From an uncultured Alphaproteobacteria bacterium (GTDB taxonomy: Bacteria; Pseudomonadota; Alphaproteobacteria; Rhizobiales; Beijerinckiaceae), in contig CAVZJZ010000057.1 of assembly GCA_963775665.1 (NCBI GenBank), positions 17,036 through 81,035 on the forward strand: a stretch of 64,000 bases of DNA, read 5' to 3'. Positions 1-11,767 of the stretch are shown piece after piece. The first letter of the stretch is position 1. Each line of letters begins with the position of its first letter. The notes under the pieces were generated by a model that ran no database searches, was not told the DNA's origin, and worked only from the letters and a program-made list of their open reading frames with translations. The translations under genes were made by a program, and so were the position numbers.

Positions 1-1074
1 AGCCCGGAGACAGTCAAGAAATTCATCGGGCTCGGCGCCGAGGTCGCCATCGAGCGCGGCGCCGGCCTCAAGGCGGGCGTCGTCGACGCCGACTACCAGG
101 CGGCCGGCGCGCGGCTCGTTTCGGCGACCGAAGCGCTTGGCGCGGATCTCGTTCTCAAAGTTCGTCGACCCACCGAGCGTGATCTCACGCAATGAAGCGC
201 GGCGCGCTCGTGATCGCGACCATGGACCCTTACGGCCATGAAGACGCAGTCGAGGCGATGGCGAAGGCCGGCGTCGTCGGCCTTCGCGATGGAATTGATG
301 CCGCGCATCACCCGCGCGCAAGTCATGGATGTGCTCTCGAGCCAGGCCAATCTCGCCGGCTACCGCGCCGTGATCGACGCGGCGTCGGAATATGGCCGCG
401 CCTTCCCGATGATGATGACGCCGGCCGGCACCGTTCCCGCCGCGAGACTGTTCGTGATGGGCGTCGGCGTCGCGGGCCTGCAGGCGATCGCCACCGGGCG
501 GCGCCTGGGCGCGATCGTCACCGCGACCGACGTGCGTCCCGCGACCAAGGAGCAGGTCGAATCGCTAGGCGCGAAATTCGTCGCGGTCGAGGACGAGGAG
601 TTCAAGCAGGCCGAGACCGCGGGCGGCTACGCCAAGGAGATGTCGGACGCCTACAAGGCGAAGCAGGCCGCGCTCGTCGCCTCGCATATCGCCAAGCAGG
701 ACATCGTCGTGACGACCGCGCTGATCCCCGGCCGGCCCGCGCCCCGGCTCATCTCGGCCGACATGGTCAAGTCGATGCGCGCGGGCTCGGTCATCGTCGA
801 CATCGCCGTCGAGCGCGGCGGAAACTGCGAACTCGCGAAGGGCGGGGAAACGGTGACGACCGAGAATGGCGTCAAGATCGTCGGCTATTCGAGCGTAACC
901 CGCCTCGCCGCGACCGCCTCCGCCCTCTACGCCCGCAACCTCTACGCCTTTGTCGAGACCCTGATCGACAAGACGAACAAGACGCTCGCGGTCAACTGGG
1001 ACGACGAACTCGTCAAGGCGACCTGCCTCACCCGCGACGGCGCGATCGTTCATCCCAACTTTCAACCCAAATAG
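1..1074 (+). CDS. pntA: NAD(P) transhydrogenase subunit alpha part 1 (5' truncated by window edge; frameshifted)
   Basis: AMELMPRITRAQVMDVLSSQANLAGY, GVGVAGLQAIAT, TTALIPGRPAP motifs; followed by alpha-2 and beta subunits. Confidence 0.95.
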
Positions 1075-1114
1075 GCCTGACGCGCCCCCGCCACCTTGAG
1101 CCCCGGAGAGCCGG

Positions 1115-1537
1115 ATGGACAATCTCGACGCCGCCATCACCAAACTGAGAGCCGCTGCCGACGCTGCCCAGCAGGCGGCGCAATCCGTGCATGCCTTTGG
1201 CGACCAGATCGCCGCCGCAGGCCACGCCGCATCCGGCGGGGCCATCGATCCCTTCGTGTTCCGGCTCGCGATTTTCGTGCTCGCGGTGTTCGTCGGCTAC
1301 TATGTCGTCTGGTCGGTGACGCCGGCGCTGCACACGCCGCTGATGTCGGTCACCAACGCCATCTCCTCGGTCATCGTCGTCGGCGCGCTGCTCTCGGTCG
1401 GCGTCGCGGGCGTCGACAGCGGCGCCGTCTTCGCCAAGGTCGTCGGCTTCGTCGCGCTGGTTCTCGCGTCAGTGAACATCTTCGGCGGCTTCCTCGTCAC
1501 CGAGCGCATGCTCGCGATGTACAAGAAGAAGGGCTGA
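1115..1537 (+). CDS. pntA: NAD(P) transhydrogenase subunit alpha part 2 (membrane)
   Basis: [18 protein letters not shown] and [13 protein letters not shown] motifs. Confidence 0.95.
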   Translation: MDNLDAAITKLRAAADAAQQAAQSVHAFGDQIAAAGHAASGGAIDPFVFRLAIFVLAVFVGYYVVWSVTPALHTPLMSVTNAISSVIVVGALLSVGVAGVDSGAVFAKVVGFVALVLASVNIFGGFLVTERMLAMYKKKG

Positions 1538-1542
1538 CGGAC

Positions 1543-2942
1543 GTGAACGCCAATCTCGCCGCCCTTCTCTATCTCGTCGCCGGCGTCCTGTTCATCCTGG
1601 CGTTGCGCGGCCTCTCGTCGCCCGCCTCGTCGCGCCAGGGCAACCGCTTCGGCATGATCGGCATGGCGATCGCCATCGTCACGACGCTGGCGCTGAAGCC
1701 GCCGTCGAGCGCGATCTGCGTGGCTGCTCGTGGTTCTGGGCTTCGCCATCGGCGGCGGCGATCGGCGTCTGGCGCGCTCGCACGATCCAGATGACGGCGA
1801 TGCCGCAGCTGGTGGCGATGTTCCACTCGCTGGTCGGCCTCGCGGCGGTGCTGGTCGCGGCCGGCGCGCTCTACGCGCCCGAGGCCTTCGGCATCGACGA
1901 GGGCGAGATCATCCATCCCGCGAGCATTATCGAAATGTCGCTCGGGCTGGCGATCGGCGCGGTGACCTTCACCGGGTCGATCATCGCCTTCCTCAAGCTC
2001 GACGGCCGCATGTCGGGCGCGCCGATCCTTCTGCCGCAGCGCCACGCGATCAACATCGGCCTCGGCGTCGCGCTCGTCGTGCTGATCGCGCTCTTCTACG
2101 CCACGCAGTCGCCGGCGTTCTTCTGGCTGATCGCGCTCGTCTCGCTGGCGCTCGGCGTGCTCCTGATCGTCCCGATCGGCGGCGCGGACATGCCGGTCGT
2201 CATCTCGATGCTGAACTCCTACTCCGGCTGGGCGGCGGCGGGCATCGGCTTCACGCTCGGCAATCTCGCCCTCATCATCACCGGCGCGCTGGTCGGTTCG
2301 TCGGGCGCGATCCTGTCCTACATCATGTGCAAGGGCATGAACCGGTCCTTCTTCTCCGTCATCCTCGGCGGCTTCGGCGGCGAGGTGGCGGCCGTTGCCG
2401 GCAAGGAGACGCGGCCCGTCAAGCAGGGATCGGCTGAAGACGCGGCCTTCATGATGAAGAACGCCTCGAAGGTCATCATCGTGCCGGGCTACGGCATGGC
2501 GGTCGCGCAGGCGCAGCACTCCTTGCGCGAGATGGCCGATCTCCTCAAGAAGGAGGGCGTCGAGGTCAAATACGCCATCCATCCCGTGGCGGGCCGCATG
2601 CCCGGCCACATGAACGTGCTGCTCGCCGAGGCCAACGTCCCTACGACGAGGTGTTCGAGCTCGAGGACATCAACAACGAATTCGCCCAGGCCGACGTCGC
2701 CTATGTGATCGGCGCCAACGACGTCACCAACCCGGCCGCCAAGACCGATCCGAAGTCGCCGATCTTACGGCATGCCGATCCTCGACGTCGAGAAGGCGAA
2801 GACGGTGCTCTTCGTCAAGCGCGGCATGGGCTCTGGCTACGCCGGCGTCGAGAACGAGCTCTTCTTCCGCGACAACACGCTGATGCTGTTCGGCGACGCC
2901 AAGAAGATGACCGATTCCATCGTCAAGGCGCTTGCGCACTGA
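1543..2942 (+). CDS. pntB: NAD(P) transhydrogenase subunit beta (frameshifted)
   Basis: [62 protein letters not shown] pieces spread over several frames. Confidence 0.95.
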
Positions 2943-2952
2943 GGCTCGCACG

Positions 2953-3432
2953 GTGGCGTCGCGGAGCCTGGCGAAGGGCGCGCTGGCGGCGTCGCTCCTC
3001 ATCATTGGCCTCGCCGGCGGCTCCGCCCTGTCGCAGGGGCTCCCGGGCGAGCCGCCCGCCGCGCAGGACAGGTTCCGCTGGCCCATCCGCGGGCCGATCC
3101 TTCAGCGGTTCAAGGACGGCGAGAACGACGGGATCGACATCCTTGCGGCGGTCGGCGAATGGGTGCACGCCGCCGGCGACGGCGTCTGCATCTACGCCGG
3201 CGACGACATCAAGACCTACGGCAAGCTCGTCCTGATCCGCCACGCCAACGGCTATGTCACGGCCTACGCCGACAACAGCGAACTCGACGTCAAAGAGGGC
3301 GACACGATCAAGCGCGGGCAGGTCATCGCCAAAGCCGGCGCCAGCGGCGAGGTCAAATCGCCGCGGCTGCATTTCGAATTGCGCAAGGACGGCCAGCCCG
3401 TGGACCCGATCAAGTATCTGGCGCCGCTTTAG
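2953..3432 (+). CDS. M23/LytM-domain protein, NlpD-like, with N-terminal signal peptide
   Basis: [33 protein letters not shown] motifs. Confidence 0.85.
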   Translation: MASRSLAKGALAASLLIIGLAGGSALSQGLPGEPPAAQDRFRWPIRGPILQRFKDGENDGIDILAAVGEWVHAAGDGVCIYAGDDIKTYGKLVLIRHANGYVTAYADNSELDVKEGDTIKRGQVIAKAGASGEVKSPRLHFELRKDGQPVDPIKYLAPL

Positions 3433-3435
3433 GCG

Positions 3436-3458
3436 ACGGGCTCGCTTCGCGAGCCCGC
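3436..3458 (+). terminator. GC-rich hairpin after the M23 gene
   Basis: CGGGCTCGC-TTC-GCGAGCCCG inverted repeat just after the stop; weak U tract. Confidence 0.45.
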
Positions 3459-3619
3459 CGGCAAACAGGCGATGATCACGGAATTTGTGTCCCCGCGCCA
3501 CGGATTAAACCCGCGTTTCTCGAACCGCGCCGCCTCGAGGCGCCGAACCCAAGAAACCATGGCGCGGACGCCAAACGGACGGGGCGTCGACCGCGCATTC
3601 ATGCCAACTTTCTACAAGA

Positions 3620-4470
3620 CCTGCCCATTGCCGTTTTGAGCGTTTTCAAAGGGTTGGAGCGAGAGCTGGCTCTATTTGCAACTCCCAAGGTGATCCCAAT
3701 AACCCCTGGCGCCAACTCCACGGCCTCATCGTGAGAGGAGGGGACGGAATTGGCCGCCGCAGCTCACGGACGCAAGCGGGCGCTACGCTTGCAATTTGCT
3801 GCAAAGCTTGCCGAAAGCTTCATTTCGCCGGTCTTTGAGACCTCAGAAAGCTGCAAAAAATTGCAAAATATTGCAATTCCTGACCGAGAAACAAGACTTA
3901 TCAAAGCCTTACAGGCTGATACGGCGAAAAAATGTAACTCCCACAGCCCCCTCCTTTTTGGTGGCTGAAGGCGGCTCGGGTGAGGCCGCCGCCAGAACGA
4001 AAGCGAATCACATCGCGAACGAACAGGAATCGACCGAGGCGTTCAGGGCGACGCCAGGCCAATTTTCTCGCGAAATGAGGGGGGTGCTTGGGAGTTACAA
4101 AAAACTCTATTTGGCGCCGATCAAGGGTCGACTTTGCAAGGCCGCGCAAGTCGACAGGCGAAACGGGCTTCGCGCTGAAGTCTGTTGCTGATTGGTGCTC
4201 TCCCTCCGGACCGATTGGAGAACAAACATAGCACAGAATAGGACTTCGGCCAAGAGTTTCCAGAATTTTCGGGGGCCGCCTGGGGACGCAACAGGCGCCG
4301 CGTCGCCGGGGCGTTGCCCTGGCGCCGCGCGGCCGCGGAGACCGGCCGAGGCGGTCGAAGCGACGTCATTCCCGGCAAAATAACAGGGCGTTTCATGTCG
4401 CGGAACAGGACGGTAACAGGAAGGTTACCGCGAGATAATTCGCGCTGATCAGGGAGAAAACAGATTGGTG
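3620..4470. other. Gene-free region with IHF-like sites, TGYAACTCCCA repeats, 10-bp phased TGCAA repeats and TAACAGG boxes
   Basis: TATCAAAGCCTTA 3899-3911 matches WATCAANNNNTTR; TTTGCAACTCCCAAG at ~3675 and its near reverse complement CTTGGGAGTTACAAA at ~4087; TAACAGG at 4381 and 4414. Confidence 0.55.
4198..4253 (-). promoter_or_regulatory. Putative sigma70 promoter overlapped by an alphaproteobacterial LexA-box-like site, followed by an RBS
   Basis: Minus strand TTGGCC-N17-TATGTT; GTGC-N7-GTTC at 4220-4234 (consensus GTTC-N7-GTTC); GGAGGGAGAG downstream. Confidence 0.45.
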
Positions 4471-4582
4471 GAGCGAGCGAAAGCACGGAGTACCGGCCGC
4501 CACGAGGATCGCCTATAAGGCGTTGGCGTTATGGGATCTGCCCAAGCCCAAAAAGTACACATATGCATGTGTCACCGTAAAT

Positions 4583-6212
4583 CTACGGCGTCACGCATTC
4601 CTTGTACTCGAAATACCGGAAGTCGGCGTTGATCGCGCTTCCCGAGACATCGAATGCAGCCATGCCGACGAAGGCGCCGGTGAACGAGCGATGCTCCCCG
4701 CCTCCGGCTTCGTCCGACAGGATCGAGGCGTCGAGCGGGGGTCCGGCGTTGCGCCACTCGCCCTCGCCGCTCGAGGCGTAGGCGAACTGAAGGTTCGCGT
4801 GATCGACCGATGACGGCGAGCCGCACCGGACCGTCGGCGTCGAGCGGAATCGGGGAGCCCAGCGGGAAGCTCAGACGGCCCTCGGGATAGTCGCCCTCGC
4901 AACTCAGGATCGTCAGCACGCGTCCCAGCGCTCTCGTCCCATGTGACCGCCAGGAAATGGAACTTTTGGCGGTTGTAATAGGCCGACGAGGCCGGCCGCC
5001 TGCTGAAACGTCGACGGCTGGAAATCGAGCTCCGTTTCGGCGCGGTAGGCGAAATGCTCCTGCCGGCGCGCGACGAGCGCCTGCTCGAACAACGACCCGA
5101 TCAATTCACGGGCGATCAGACGCAGCCAGCCCGGGCGGGCCGAGAGCGACACGATCCTGTCGACATGCGGCGTCCGCAGCCACTGGAAATCGAGCGGCAG
5201 CGCCCCGGGTGAAAAGTGAGTCCGGCTCGAGCGAACCTCCGCCTCGGCCTCAGTCACGGCGAGCGCCGGAACCTCGACGGCGGGAACCTGGCCGCCCTGC
5301 GCCAAGATAGAGCCAGTCGTCGTCGCCCCAGACGCATTTCTGGATCGCGGTTTCGCGTCCGAGCGGCGAGCGCCGGCGGCCCGCGAGCGGGCGCGAGCAG
5401 AGATGCGTGTGATAGACCTGACCGTCCGGCGTTTCGACGATCTGTCCGTGTCCGGCGCGTTGCAGAACCGCGTCGGGCGCGTCCTTCGAGGTGAGGAGAT
5501 GGATATTGGGGTGCAGCTCGTAGGGGCCGTCGATCCGGCGCGAGCGGGCCATGGTGACTGCGTGGTCGTAGCCCGTGCCGCCTTCGGCGGTCGTCAGATA
5601 GTACCAGCCGTTGCGCTTGCTGAGATGCGGGCCTTCGACGAGGCCGTGCGGGCTTCCGGCGAAGATTGTTGTAGGCTCTCCGACGAGCCTGCCTGAGGCG
5701 GCGTCCCATTCCTGGAGGCGGATGCCGGCGAAGGCTGGATGTTTGCGGCCCCCGCCGGGGTCGGGCCGATGGTTCCAGATCATGTTGAGGAACCACTTGC
5801 GTCCGTCGTCGTCGTGAAACAGCGACGGGTCGAAGCCGCTCGAATTGACGTAAGTCGGATCCGACCAGGGGCCCTCGATCGCAGGCGCGGTGACGATGTA
5901 GTTGTGCGCGTCCTTGAAGTTGCCGTCGAGACGCTTGACGTCGGTGTAGACGAGCCAGAACCGACCGTCGGCCCAGGAAAGGCAAGGCGCCCAGACGCCG
6001 CCGGAATCGGGGTCTCCGCGCAGGTCGAGCTGCGAGGCGCGATCGAGCGGCCGCCGCACCAGCCGCCAGTTCGCGAGATCGCGCGAATGGTGGATCTGCA
6101 CGCCCGGATACCATTCGAACGTGGAGGTCGCGATGTAATAGTCGTCGCCGACGCGGCAGATCGAGGGATCGGGGTTGAAGCCCGGCAGAATCGGGTTGTG
6201 AATCGTCGTCAT
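4583..6212 (-). CDS. GH43 beta-xylosidase/arabinofuranosidase with C-terminal ConA-like domain (frameshifted)
   Basis: [46 protein letters not shown]; C-terminal FTGAFVGM. Confidence 0.92.
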
Positions 6213-6270
6213 CACTCCGCCCTCGCTGCGTCGGTCTCGGACTGCGCCTGCGGGCGCCACGCCGCAGGCG

Positions 6271-6913
6271 CTAGCGCGCCGCCCAAAGCAGGCCGCGCTG
6301 CAATATCGTTCGCATCTCAGGCACCTCGAATTCCGCCGCGACATGGCCGAGCGAGCTGTAGAAGACGCGGCCCGCGCCGTGCTTGCGCTTCCAGACGACC
6401 GGCATCACGACTCCCTCGATCCACGGCGCGTGCTCGCCGGAAAAGGTCGTCGTCGCCAGCACCTCGTTCGAAGGATCGACGTGCATGTAATATTGCTCGG
6501 ATCGATAGTTGAAACCGGAGACGCCCGCCATGATCGGGTCGTCGGGCCTGGCGATGTCGACCCGATAGTCGATGATGTTGCCCGGATGGGCGACCCACTG
6601 CCCGCCGCACATGAACTGATACTCGACGCTCTCGCGGAAGGCGTCGCACATGCCGCCGTGATATCCGGCGAGCCCGACCCCGCCGCGCACTGCGGCGGTG
6701 AGGTTCTCGACCTCTTCCTTTTCGATCTTCGACATCGTGACGATCGGCACGATCAGGCTCATGTCGGCGATCGCGGGATCGGCGAAGGCCTCGGTGGTGT
6801 TCTCGATATAGACCTCGAAGCCGTGGGTCTTCGAGCATGTCCGCGACGATATGCGCGCCGGCTTCCGGCTCGTGGCCGCTCCAGCCGCCCCAGACAATGA
6901 GCGCTTCCCGCAT
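6271..6913 (-). CDS. ThuA-domain (trehalose utilisation-like) protein (frameshift near 5' end)
   Basis: [42 protein letters not shown]. Confidence 0.85.
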
Positions 6914-6967
6914 CAAAGCTTCCTTCCGTTTTCGGTTGCCTGTCGGGCGTGTTCGGTCGCCTTCGCG

Positions 6968-8069
6968 TCAGTCGAGCTCGCCGGTCGCGAGCGATGCCGG
7001 CATCGGCGCCGGCCGCTCGGGGCGGGTCGAAATGGCGACCGCCTTGCCGGCGTCGGACGAGGTCTGGAACGCCTCCATCACTTCGAGCACATGCAGCGCC
7101 AGCGCGCCGCTCGCGCGGTGCGGACGTCCGGCGCGGATCGCATGCGCCATGTCGGCGACGCCGAGGATGCGGTAATTGCCGTCGGCGTAGGCGTGCCGCG
7201 TCTCGATCATCGCGCCAGTCCTCGCTGGCGGTCGCGAATTCGATCTGTGCCGCCGAAATAATTGGGGTCGGGCACGATCAGCGAGCCCGTTTCGCCGTAG
7301 AGCTCGATCGGAACATGTTTGTGCCGCGCCACGTCGAAGCTCATCGTCATCGAGACCGCCGCGCCGCTCGCGAACAGGAGCGTTCCCGTGACATGGGTCG
7401 CGACCTCGACCGGAATGCGTGTTCCTGCGAGCGGCTGGCTGGTGATCGACGCGCTCGGTCCGCATGCGCGTCGCCACGCCGCTGACGCTCGCCACCGGAC
7501 CCAGAAGGTTGACGAGCGCGGTGACGTAGTAGGGGCCCATGTCGAGCATGGGACCGCCGCCGCCGAGATAATAGAAGCCGGGATTGGGGTGCCAGCGCTC
7601 GTGGCCCGGGCACATGAAGAACGCCGTGCCGCCGATCGGCCGGCCGATCAGCCCGTCGTCGATGCATTGGCGGGCCGTCTGCTGCGCGCCGCCGAGGAAC
7701 GTGTCGGGCGCGCAGCCGACGCGCAGTCCCTTGGCCGCGGCCGCGTCGATCAGACCTGCGCGCTTCGGCGAGCGCGACGCCGAGCGGCTTTTCCGAGTGC
7801 ACGTGCTTGCCGGCCGCGATCGCCTTCAGGCCGACTTCGACATGCGCCTTCGGCACCGTGAGATTGAGAACGATCTCGACGGACGGGTCGGAGAGAACCG
7901 CATCGACGGAGCGCGCGGGAAGGCCGAATTCGGCCGCGCGCGCTTCCGCCGCCGCGGGATTGAGGTCCGACAGGGCGACGATGTCGAGGATGGGGAATTT
8001 TTTCGCCGCGGTCAGATAGGCCGAGCTGATGTTGCCGCAGCCGATGACGCCGACTCCGACCCGTTTCAT
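6968..8069 (-). CDS. Gfo/Idh/MocA oxidoreductase (frameshifted)
   Basis: VGVIGCGNIS, GKHVHSEKP, GGGPMLDMGPYY, HRASGALALHVLEVM. Confidence 0.9.
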
Positions 8070-9312
8070 CACGAATCTCCCGCAACCGAGGCCTGCGGCT
8101 CGCGAATGGGCGCGGGACCCGTCGTTCCCCAGGGCGCGCCATAGAGATCGCGCAGCGTCATCGCCGCGGCGCCGCGCACCCAGATGCTGTCGCTCCATTC
8201 GCGCACGACGATGTCGGAGACGTCGGCGAGGCTCGGCGGCAGGAGCGCGGCCACGGTTTTTCGCAACGGCCCGATGAAATGTTCGCTGGCCGCCATGGCG
8301 CGGCCGGAAATGATCACCTTGGGCGGCGCGAACAGGGTGATGAGATTGGCGATGGCGAAGCCCAACGCCTCGCCGGCGGCCGCGAGCATGCCGATGCAGC
8401 GTTGGTCGCCGTCCGCGGCCCGCTGCAGCAGGAGCGCCATGCCGCGGCCGGCGCGAAAGGCCGCGTCGTGCTCGCCGCCGCGCAGCAGGGCCTCCGCCTC
8501 GCTCGAGCACCGAAGCCTCCGAAGCGACGTCGGCGAGCCGCCCGCCGCCGTTGCGCGGCGGCCCGACCATGAGGTCGCCGAGGTCGGGACTGAGGCCGTT
8601 CGCGCCGCGAAACAATTCGCCGTTGTGCAGGATGCCGAGCCCGAGGCTGCGCTCGACGCTGACGACGAGAAAGTCGTTGAGCTCGCGCGCCTGGCCGAAC
8701 CAATGTTCGGCCAGCGCGACGAGATTGACGTCGCTGTCGATCGACGCCGGGACGCCGAGCCGCTCGGTGAGATCCGCGCCGAACGGCACGTCGCGTTCGC
8801 CGAATATCGGGCTCTGGCGGCAGACGCCGGCCGCGCGCTCGACCACGCCCGGGCAGGCCGACGCAGACGCCGGAAATGTCGGACATCTCGAGATCGGCGT
8901 CGCGACGCAGCGGCGCACCCCGTCCTCGACGAGGTCGGCGATCACCGCCGGCGGTCTGCCGGTCGATCCGGATCGGCAGCGCGAGCGTGCGCAGGACGTC
9001 GGCGCAGAAGTTCGTCGCCGCCACCGTGATCTGGTCGGGCGCGAGCTTCACGCCGACGACATGGGCCGCGTCCGGGTTGAGCTTGAGCATGACCCGCGGC
9101 CGCCCGCGGCCGGCGTCGCGCACGGCGCCGACCTGCAACGGCATGATCAGGCGGTCGTCGAGCAGCGCCGCGGTGATCGCCGAGACCGTCGTCGGACTGA
9201 GCTCGGTGAATTGCGAGATCTCGACCCGCGAGACCGGGCCAAACCGCCGGATCGCATCCATCACATGGAAGCGGTTGATCGCGCGCATCAGTTCCGGGTC
9301 GGCGGTCTTCAT
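8069..9312 (-). CDS. ROK-family transcriptional regulator (frameshifted)
   Basis: N-terminal HTH (SRVEISQFTELSPTTVSAIT..GRGRP); IDSDVNLVALAEHWFG; divergent from sugar ABC operon. Confidence 0.88.
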
Positions 9313-9520
9313 CGCTCTGGAGGCTTCCGCTTCGACGCACTTTTTTTGGGTCGCGGAATTAATTTCACCCCTCACTGGGGCGTGTCAAGCGAGCAAGAGC
9401 GCGTCGGACGCGCGATCCGAGGGACCGTCTTGACATCGCAGCGAAGTCGGGACAGATTTAATTTGCATCGCGGACAAAAAGAAAAGCATCCGCGCCGCAC
9501 GCTCTCCAGGGAGGAGACCC

Positions 9521-10777
9521 ATGAGTTTTCGCAGCTTCACAATCGCGGCCGCCTGTCTGGCGGCCCTGACGGCGCCGGCCTTCGCCGATACGAACATCAC
9601 CGTTCTTCACGTCAGCGAAAACCCCGGTCAGAAGGCGGTGTGGGACAAGGCCGCGGCCGACTACAACGCCGCGCACAAGGGGGTCAACGTCCAGTTCAAA
9701 TACCTCGAGAACGAAGCGTTCAAGGCGAAGTTGCCGACCATGCTGCAGTCGACCGAGTCCCGACCCGAGCTGTTCTACAGCTGGGCCGGCGGCGTCATGC
9801 AGGCGCAGGACAAGGCCGGCTTCCTCAAGGACCTCACCGCCGACGTCGGCGCCGTCGAGGCGACGATGGTTCCGGCCGCGGTCGACGCCTTCAAGGTCGA
9901 CGGCAAGACCGTCGGCGTGCCGTTCGAGATGGGCCTGGTCGCCTTCTATTACAACAAGAAACTGTTCGAGAAGGCCGGGGTGAAGGCCGAGGACATCAAG
10001 ACCTGGGACGACTTCCTCGGCGCGGTGAAGAAGCTCAAGGCCGCCGGAATCACCCCGATCGTGGTCGGAGCGGGCGAGAAGTGGCCGATGCACTTCTACT
10101 ATTCCTACCTCGTCATGCGCATCGGCGGCGAGAACGCGCTGGCCGACGCGAAGGCCGGAAAGAACGGCGGCTTCAAGAACGCGACCTTCGTCGAGGCTGG
10201 CAAGCGCCTGCGCGAACTCGGCGCGCTCGAGCCGTTCCAGCCCGGCTATCTCTCGACCAAGCACACCGAGTCGGCCGGCATGTTCGGCGACGGCAAGGCG
10301 GCGATGGACCTGATGGGCCAGTGGCTGCTCGGCATGCAGGCGCCGAACTCCACGAGCGGCAAGGGTCTGCCGGAGGAGGACATCGGCATCCTGACCTTCC
10401 CGGTCGTGTCCGGCGGAAAGGGCAAGGCGACCGATACGCTCGGCGGAATCAACGGCTGGCTCGTGACCAAGACCGCGCCGCCCGAGGCCGTCGACTTCCT
10501 CAAATTCTTCAGCCAGGAGAAATACGCCCACGAGGCCGCGGCGACCGGCGCCTATATCCCTGTCGTCAAAGGCACGCAGACGGCGATCACCAATCCGCTG
10601 TTCCGGCGCCTGGCCGACGTGCTCGCTGCGACGACCTACCACCAGAACTACTTCGACCAGGATCTCGGCCCCGCCGTCGGTCGCGTCATCAATGACGTCT
10701 CCGGTGGCGTCGTTGCGGGCGAAACGACGCCCGAGGCGGCCGCCGCAGCGATCCAGGACGCGGCCGAACAGCAGTAG
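9521..10777 (+). CDS. Carbohydrate ABC transporter substrate-binding protein (CUT1)
   Basis: Signal peptide; LENEAFKAKL, YSWAGG, FYYNKKLFEKAG, TWDDFL. Confidence 0.92.
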   Translation: MSFRSFTIAAACLAALTAPAFADTNITVLHVSENPGQKAVWDKAAADYNAAHKGVNVQFKYLENEAFKAKLPTMLQSTESRPELFYSWAGGVMQAQDKAGFLKDLTADVGAVEATMVPAAVDAFKVDGKTVGVPFEMGLVAFYYNKKLFEKAGVKAEDIKTWDDFLGAVKKLKAAGITPIVVGAGEKWPMHFYYSYLVMRIGGENALADAKAGKNGGFKNATFVEAGKRLRELGALEPFQPGYLSTKHTESAGMFGDGKAAMDLMGQWLLGMQAPNSTSGKGLPEEDIGILTFPVVSGGKGKATDTLGGINGWLVTKTAPPEAVDFLKFFSQEKYAHEAAATGAYIPVVKGTQTAITNPLFRRLADVLAATTYHQNYFDQDLGPAVGRVINDVSGGVVAGETTPEAAAAAIQDAAEQQ

Positions 10778-10801
10778 TCGCAGGCTGAAGCCAACCAGCC
10801 G

Positions 10802-10830
10802 GGCCCCGCCGCTCACCAGCGGCGGGGCCG
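10802..10830 (+). terminator. Intercistronic hairpin after the SBP gene
   Basis: GGCCCCGCCGCT-CACC-AGCGGCGGGGCC perfect 12-bp stem. Confidence 0.55.
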
Positions 10831-10861
10831 CAGCTCTCGACAGCACGGCGAGGTTCGCGAC

Positions 10862-11767
10862 TTGTCGGCAGTTGAGACGACCTATGTCGAACCCGCCCGG
10901 CGCATGTCCGCCAACGGCTGGGCGATCGTCGTCATCTTCCTGCCGCCGGCGCTTCTCCTCTTCACCGTGTTCGTCGCGCTGCCGATCGCGGAGGCCGCGT
11001 ACTACGGCTTCTTCAACTGGGACGGATACGGCCGGCCGGAGAAATTCATCGGACTGAAGAATTACGGCTACCTGATCGGCAACGCGACCTTCAACCGCTC
11101 GCTCATCAACAACGGCCTCGTCATCGCCGTTTCGCTCATCATCCAGCAGCCGCTCGCGCTCGCGGTGGCGCTGATGGTCGCCGGGCGGATCACCGGCGCG
11201 GCTGTGTTCCGGATGATCTTCTTCCTGCCCTATATCCTCGCCGACGTGGCCGCCGGCCTGATCTGGCATTTCATGTTCGACGGCAGCTACGGATTGACGA
11301 GCGTGATCACCGGCGCGCTCGGCCTCGAGCCCTATTATCTCCTCGCCGACAAGACCTGGGCGTTCAGCGCGGTTCTGATCGTCATCCTGTGGAAATATTT
11401 CGGCTTCTACACGATGCTCTACGTCGCTGGCCTGCAGGGCATCGACAGGTCGCTGCTCGAGGCGGCCGAGATGGACGGGGCCAGCCGCTTCCAGCGTTTC
11501 TGGCACATCACCCTGCCGCTGCTCGGGCCAATGATCCGGCTGTCGATCTTCTTCTCGGTCATTGGCTCGCTGAAGCTCTTCGACGTCATCGTGCCTTTGA
11601 CCGGCGGCGGCCCGTTCGAGACCACCAACACGATGGTCTCCTATCTCTATTATTTTGGCATCACGCGGATGCGCTTCGGATACAGCTCGGCCGTCGGCAT
11701 CGTGCTGTTCGTCATCTGCGTCGCCTTCGCCTTCGGCTATCGACGGATTGTCATGCGCGATGACTGA
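10862..11767 (+). CDS. Carbohydrate ABC permease
   Basis: EAA motif LLEAAEMDGASRFQRFWHITLPLL; hydrophobic helices. Confidence 0.92.
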   Translation: MSAVETTYVEPARRMSANGWAIVVIFLPPALLLFTVFVALPIAEAAYYGFFNWDGYGRPEKFIGLKNYGYLIGNATFNRSLINNGLVIAVSLIIQQPLALAVALMVAGRITGAAVFRMIFFLPYILADVAAGLIWHFMFDGSYGLTSVITGALGLEPYYLLADKTWAFSAVLIVILWKYFGFYTMLYVAGLQGIDRSLLEAAEMDGASRFQRFWHITLPLLGPMIRLSIFFSVIGSLKLFDVIVPLTGGGPFETTNTMVSYLYYFGITRMRFGYSSAVGIVLFVICVAFAFGYRRIVMRDD

